Assembly (NCBI RefSeq): GCF_006345805.1
Contig: NC_042997.1
Coordinates: 80,972,001-81,036,000 of the forward strand
Direction: 5' to 3'
Origin: Octopus sinensis
Lineage: Eukaryota
Length of the DNA: 64,000 nucleotides
Below are positions 61,003-64,000 of this stretch, piece after piece; the first letter of the stretch is position 1, and every line of letters starts with the position of its first letter. Below the pieces are notes generated by a model that was not told the DNA's origin, did not search any database, and saw only the letters and a list, made by a program, of their open reading frames with translations. The position numbers were made by a program, and so were the translations under genes.

Positions 61003-61784
61003 GTCTAAAATATAATTATTTCTTGCATTGGCCATAACAACCATCATTGCAATCAATTCATTCAGATGGTAAACATGGCTGATTTTGAAATAAAGATGGA
61101 CCAAAGAAATGCATTGTTCCATAGAAAACAAAATGAACTGAGAAAGACATATGAAAGGCAGGGTCCAACACTTAGTTTCTATTCTTGATTGAAGTTATTT
61201 TCACCTAATTACATTGATAATACCTTTTGAAAAGCTACAAAATCACAATTTTCATTTAACATCTTTTCACATGCTAATTCACCAAAGACAACAAGAATGC
61301 CATTTTAGTCAACTATGAATTTTAAATTACAACACTATGTTCACAAAATATATAAACCATACAGAAAAATGGGTGTGTTACTAAAAATTTAATAACAAGT
61401 TACATAATGGTAAAATTTCAGGTCATATTCAATTAAATTACACCAATTTTTTTTTATTCTTGTTGTGTATTTAAATTTAATTTGAGGAGTAATTTGAGAC
61501 TAAATGGAAAATATCTGTTTAAACAAAATGTGTTTACAGACACACAATGTTTATGTGAAGTAGAATTCTCTTTCATATAATAATTGTGTCTGCATCAATA
61601 CCGCTTTGCATAAAAGTGTATGTATTATGGCTATCCTTTCAGAGGAAATAAACTAAACCATTCAGAAATCTTTAAATTCTACATCTGCTTATGTATAAAC
61701 TATTGTATAATGTATTTATGTATTTATGCCTGTATATATATATGTGCATGTGTGTATATGTATGTATACAAATATAAGTATATA

Positions 61785-62672
61785 CAGGGTGTGGAAAATA
61801 AATTGTCATCTAAATTACTCAAAAATGAAAATAATACTAACATCTCATTTTAACAGATATATTTACCAAAATTACATAAAAATATCTTCAAATACTGAAG
61901 AGTAAATTTATTCAATAGAATTGCCATTGGTGTCAACCACAGCCTCCAGATGACTTCAGAATCTCCTGCAACTCTTCTGGATGGTTTTCTTCTTTAAGTT
62001 GGTGTATGCTGCCATAATCCTTGCCTTCAGTTCTTCTTTGGTGTTACAATGAGTTTTGTTGGTCTCTTACATATCTGCATCCCACACATAATAATTAAGG
62101 GGATTGCAGTCTAGGGAGCTAGGTGGCCAGATGTTAGGGGTGATGTGGTCGCAGAAATTGTCTGAAAGCCATGACTGGGTTCTCCTGCTTGTGTGGCATG
62201 GTGTAGAGTCCCGTCACTAAATGTAGGGTCTTCCAGCAGCCACCCTCTTGACCCAGGGCAGCACTACCTACTCCAGGTACTTGATGTAGGCCTCCGTGTT
62301 GAGTGTGAAACTGTGTAGAAAGATAAATGGAGGCATAATGTTACCATCATTAGTGATCACTCCAAACACCATGATGTTGACTGGATGTTGGATTTTGATC
62401 ACCCTCAGTACATGTCCTCAGATTGCACTGTCTTCAGATTGACATCCAAGCACTCTGAAATGTTTGTATTGGAGCTTCCAGCACAAATACCATGCAGTAC
62501 AGAATGTTGTTTCCAAATTTTTGGTAGAGTGAATTGTGTCATGGTGTTGTTTTTTCTCAGATGGTGCCCAACTGACCCTACTTTACTATGTAGTTGACAA
62601 AATCAAAAACAAACAATGGACATGCACGAAATTAAAAATATAGAATGGTGAAAATTTACCCACCATACTCTG
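61785..62672 (-). mobile_element. Internally deleted DD37D (maT-like) Tc1/mariner element
   Basis: TA|CAG(G/A)GT(G/A)TGG TIRs. Remnants IMVFGVITNDG.MPPFIF, VLPWVKRVAAGRPY and DSTPCH...WPPSSLDCNPLN, with 37 residues between D2 and the mutated D3. Confidence 0.85.
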
Positions 62673-63229
62673 TATATGTATGCATATATATATATATGTA
62701 TATATCAAAATAAGCAACAAGGATATCCAGCGGTAATGCAGTACCATCATTTCATGCAACTCCATTTAATTGAACAATGCAATTATTTCATTACATCAAT
62801 TTAAAATGTAGAGCAATCCTCAGCTGCACAAAGACATAGAATTTAATTGAATTAGAACAGAAGGACACGTTATTATAATTTTACCTAAAATCTCCAAGAA
62901 GTTAAGGAGATAGACAAAGAACATGTTGTACTAACAACATCATCCCCTCCCCCAATCTATGGGGCCTCTAGGCAACTGCCCAGTGTGCCTATGCTTTATT
63001 ATAGCACTGCATTGATACAGCTTGTCTCTGTCCCACATAAACAAAATATCTTGTAATTCAATGCATGAGAACCAGCGGTATAATGTGTTTTCCTTGAAAC
63101 AAATAAGGGTTGGCTTGCAAAAAGGTATGCAGCCATAGAATACTGCATCAAGAAGGTTTGTCCAACCTTTGCCAGTATGGGAAAGGATATGTAAAACAAT
63201 GATTATTATATGAATGTATTTTTCTTTGA

Positions 63230-63480
63230 GCTTTATTTAAGTTCTTTAGAGAGTTTAAGCCAGGTGCTAACAAAGAAACAAGGCTTTTTGAGTCAAGAGA
63301 GTTCCAAGTGTTTGTAAATATGTGGTTGAGTTAGTGTGTTGGTTGAGATGTCAGTGCACTCATTGAAATGTGTGCATCTATTCACCTAAAGAATCCCAGA
63401 TGGGGAATTTTTGGCATGTCTTACAAATCTTCTCTGTTCCACTAATAGATTGGAATTGGTGAATCTACAGCAGTTTCTTT
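63230..63480 (-). mobile_element. Possible old CR1/L2-type 3' remnant
   Basis: Minus-strand FTNTWNSL-like motif followed by an A-rich end. Weak. Confidence 0.3.
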
Positions 63481-63530
63481 TACTCTTTCTTTGAAAAACC
63501 TAATATTTCTAGAATTTTGTGTAAATTTGC

Positions 63531-63732
63531 ATGTATGTATGTATGTATGTATGTATGTATGTTTCTGTGTGTGTATGTATGTATGTATGTATGTATGTAT
63601 GTATGTATGTATGTATGTATGTATGTATGTATGTATGTATGTATGTATGTATGTATGTATGTATGCATGTATGTATACATATATATGTGTGTGTATATAC
63701 ATACATACATATAGATAGATAGATAGAGAGAG
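63531..63732. repeat. (TATG)n plus (TA)/(GATA)/(GA) microsatellite
   Basis: Direct reading. Confidence 0.96.
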
Positions 63733-64000
63733 AGACTATGTTATAAAATTACTTCTCTAAAATTTATATGCGCCACTGTTTCGTGTCCATCAATAAGATA
63801 TTAAACATCAGTTGTTATTAGGTGAAAGCTATCAGAGTTGCTAGGAGTAATTTTATCTCCCACTAAAACCTTGATTCATCACTGAATGCAATAACATCAT
63901 AGACAGTAGCTAGATCAGAGAAGAGGAATGGAGATGTCAACAAATCTTTCGCTATGAATGAAATCTCATTATTCTTGTCACATTCAACATCATTTCACTT

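Overview
AT-rich, microsatellite-dense animal DNA that is almost entirely transposable-element debris. The repeat families resemble those I recall from octopus genomes, but this is unverified. I could not identify any host protein-coding gene, rRNA, tRNA gene or CRISPR array; the long ORFs are retrotransposon or transposase remnants, or microsatellite artefacts. Retroelements: about 11 R4/Dong-type RT-CCHC-restriction-like-endonuclease (RLE) LINE remnants, about 10 RTE-clade pieces (one with a PHD finger inside the RT), Tx1/L1, CR1 and Penelope fragments, and three tRNA-derived SINE families. DNA transposons: three mariners (one full length), a DD37D maT-like element, a Buster/hAT element, a Chapaev-like element, several MITEs and non-autonomous Helitrons. 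Highlights: (1) a head-to-tail stack of three Dong elements joined by (TAA)n at 45.7-50.0 kb; (2) a 5' junction in that stack made of reiterated and inverted templated copies of the element end; (3) a minimal type I hammerhead ribozyme at 16779-16824 in a Penelope-like LTR context; (4) the PHD-in-RT RTE family with a modular, locally amplifying 3' UTR; (5) a Dong/RTE orientation switch near 40-45 kb; (6) two long near-perfect hairpins. Protein readings are manual translations and family assignments come from motif recall, not database searches. Boundaries of decayed elements are approximate.
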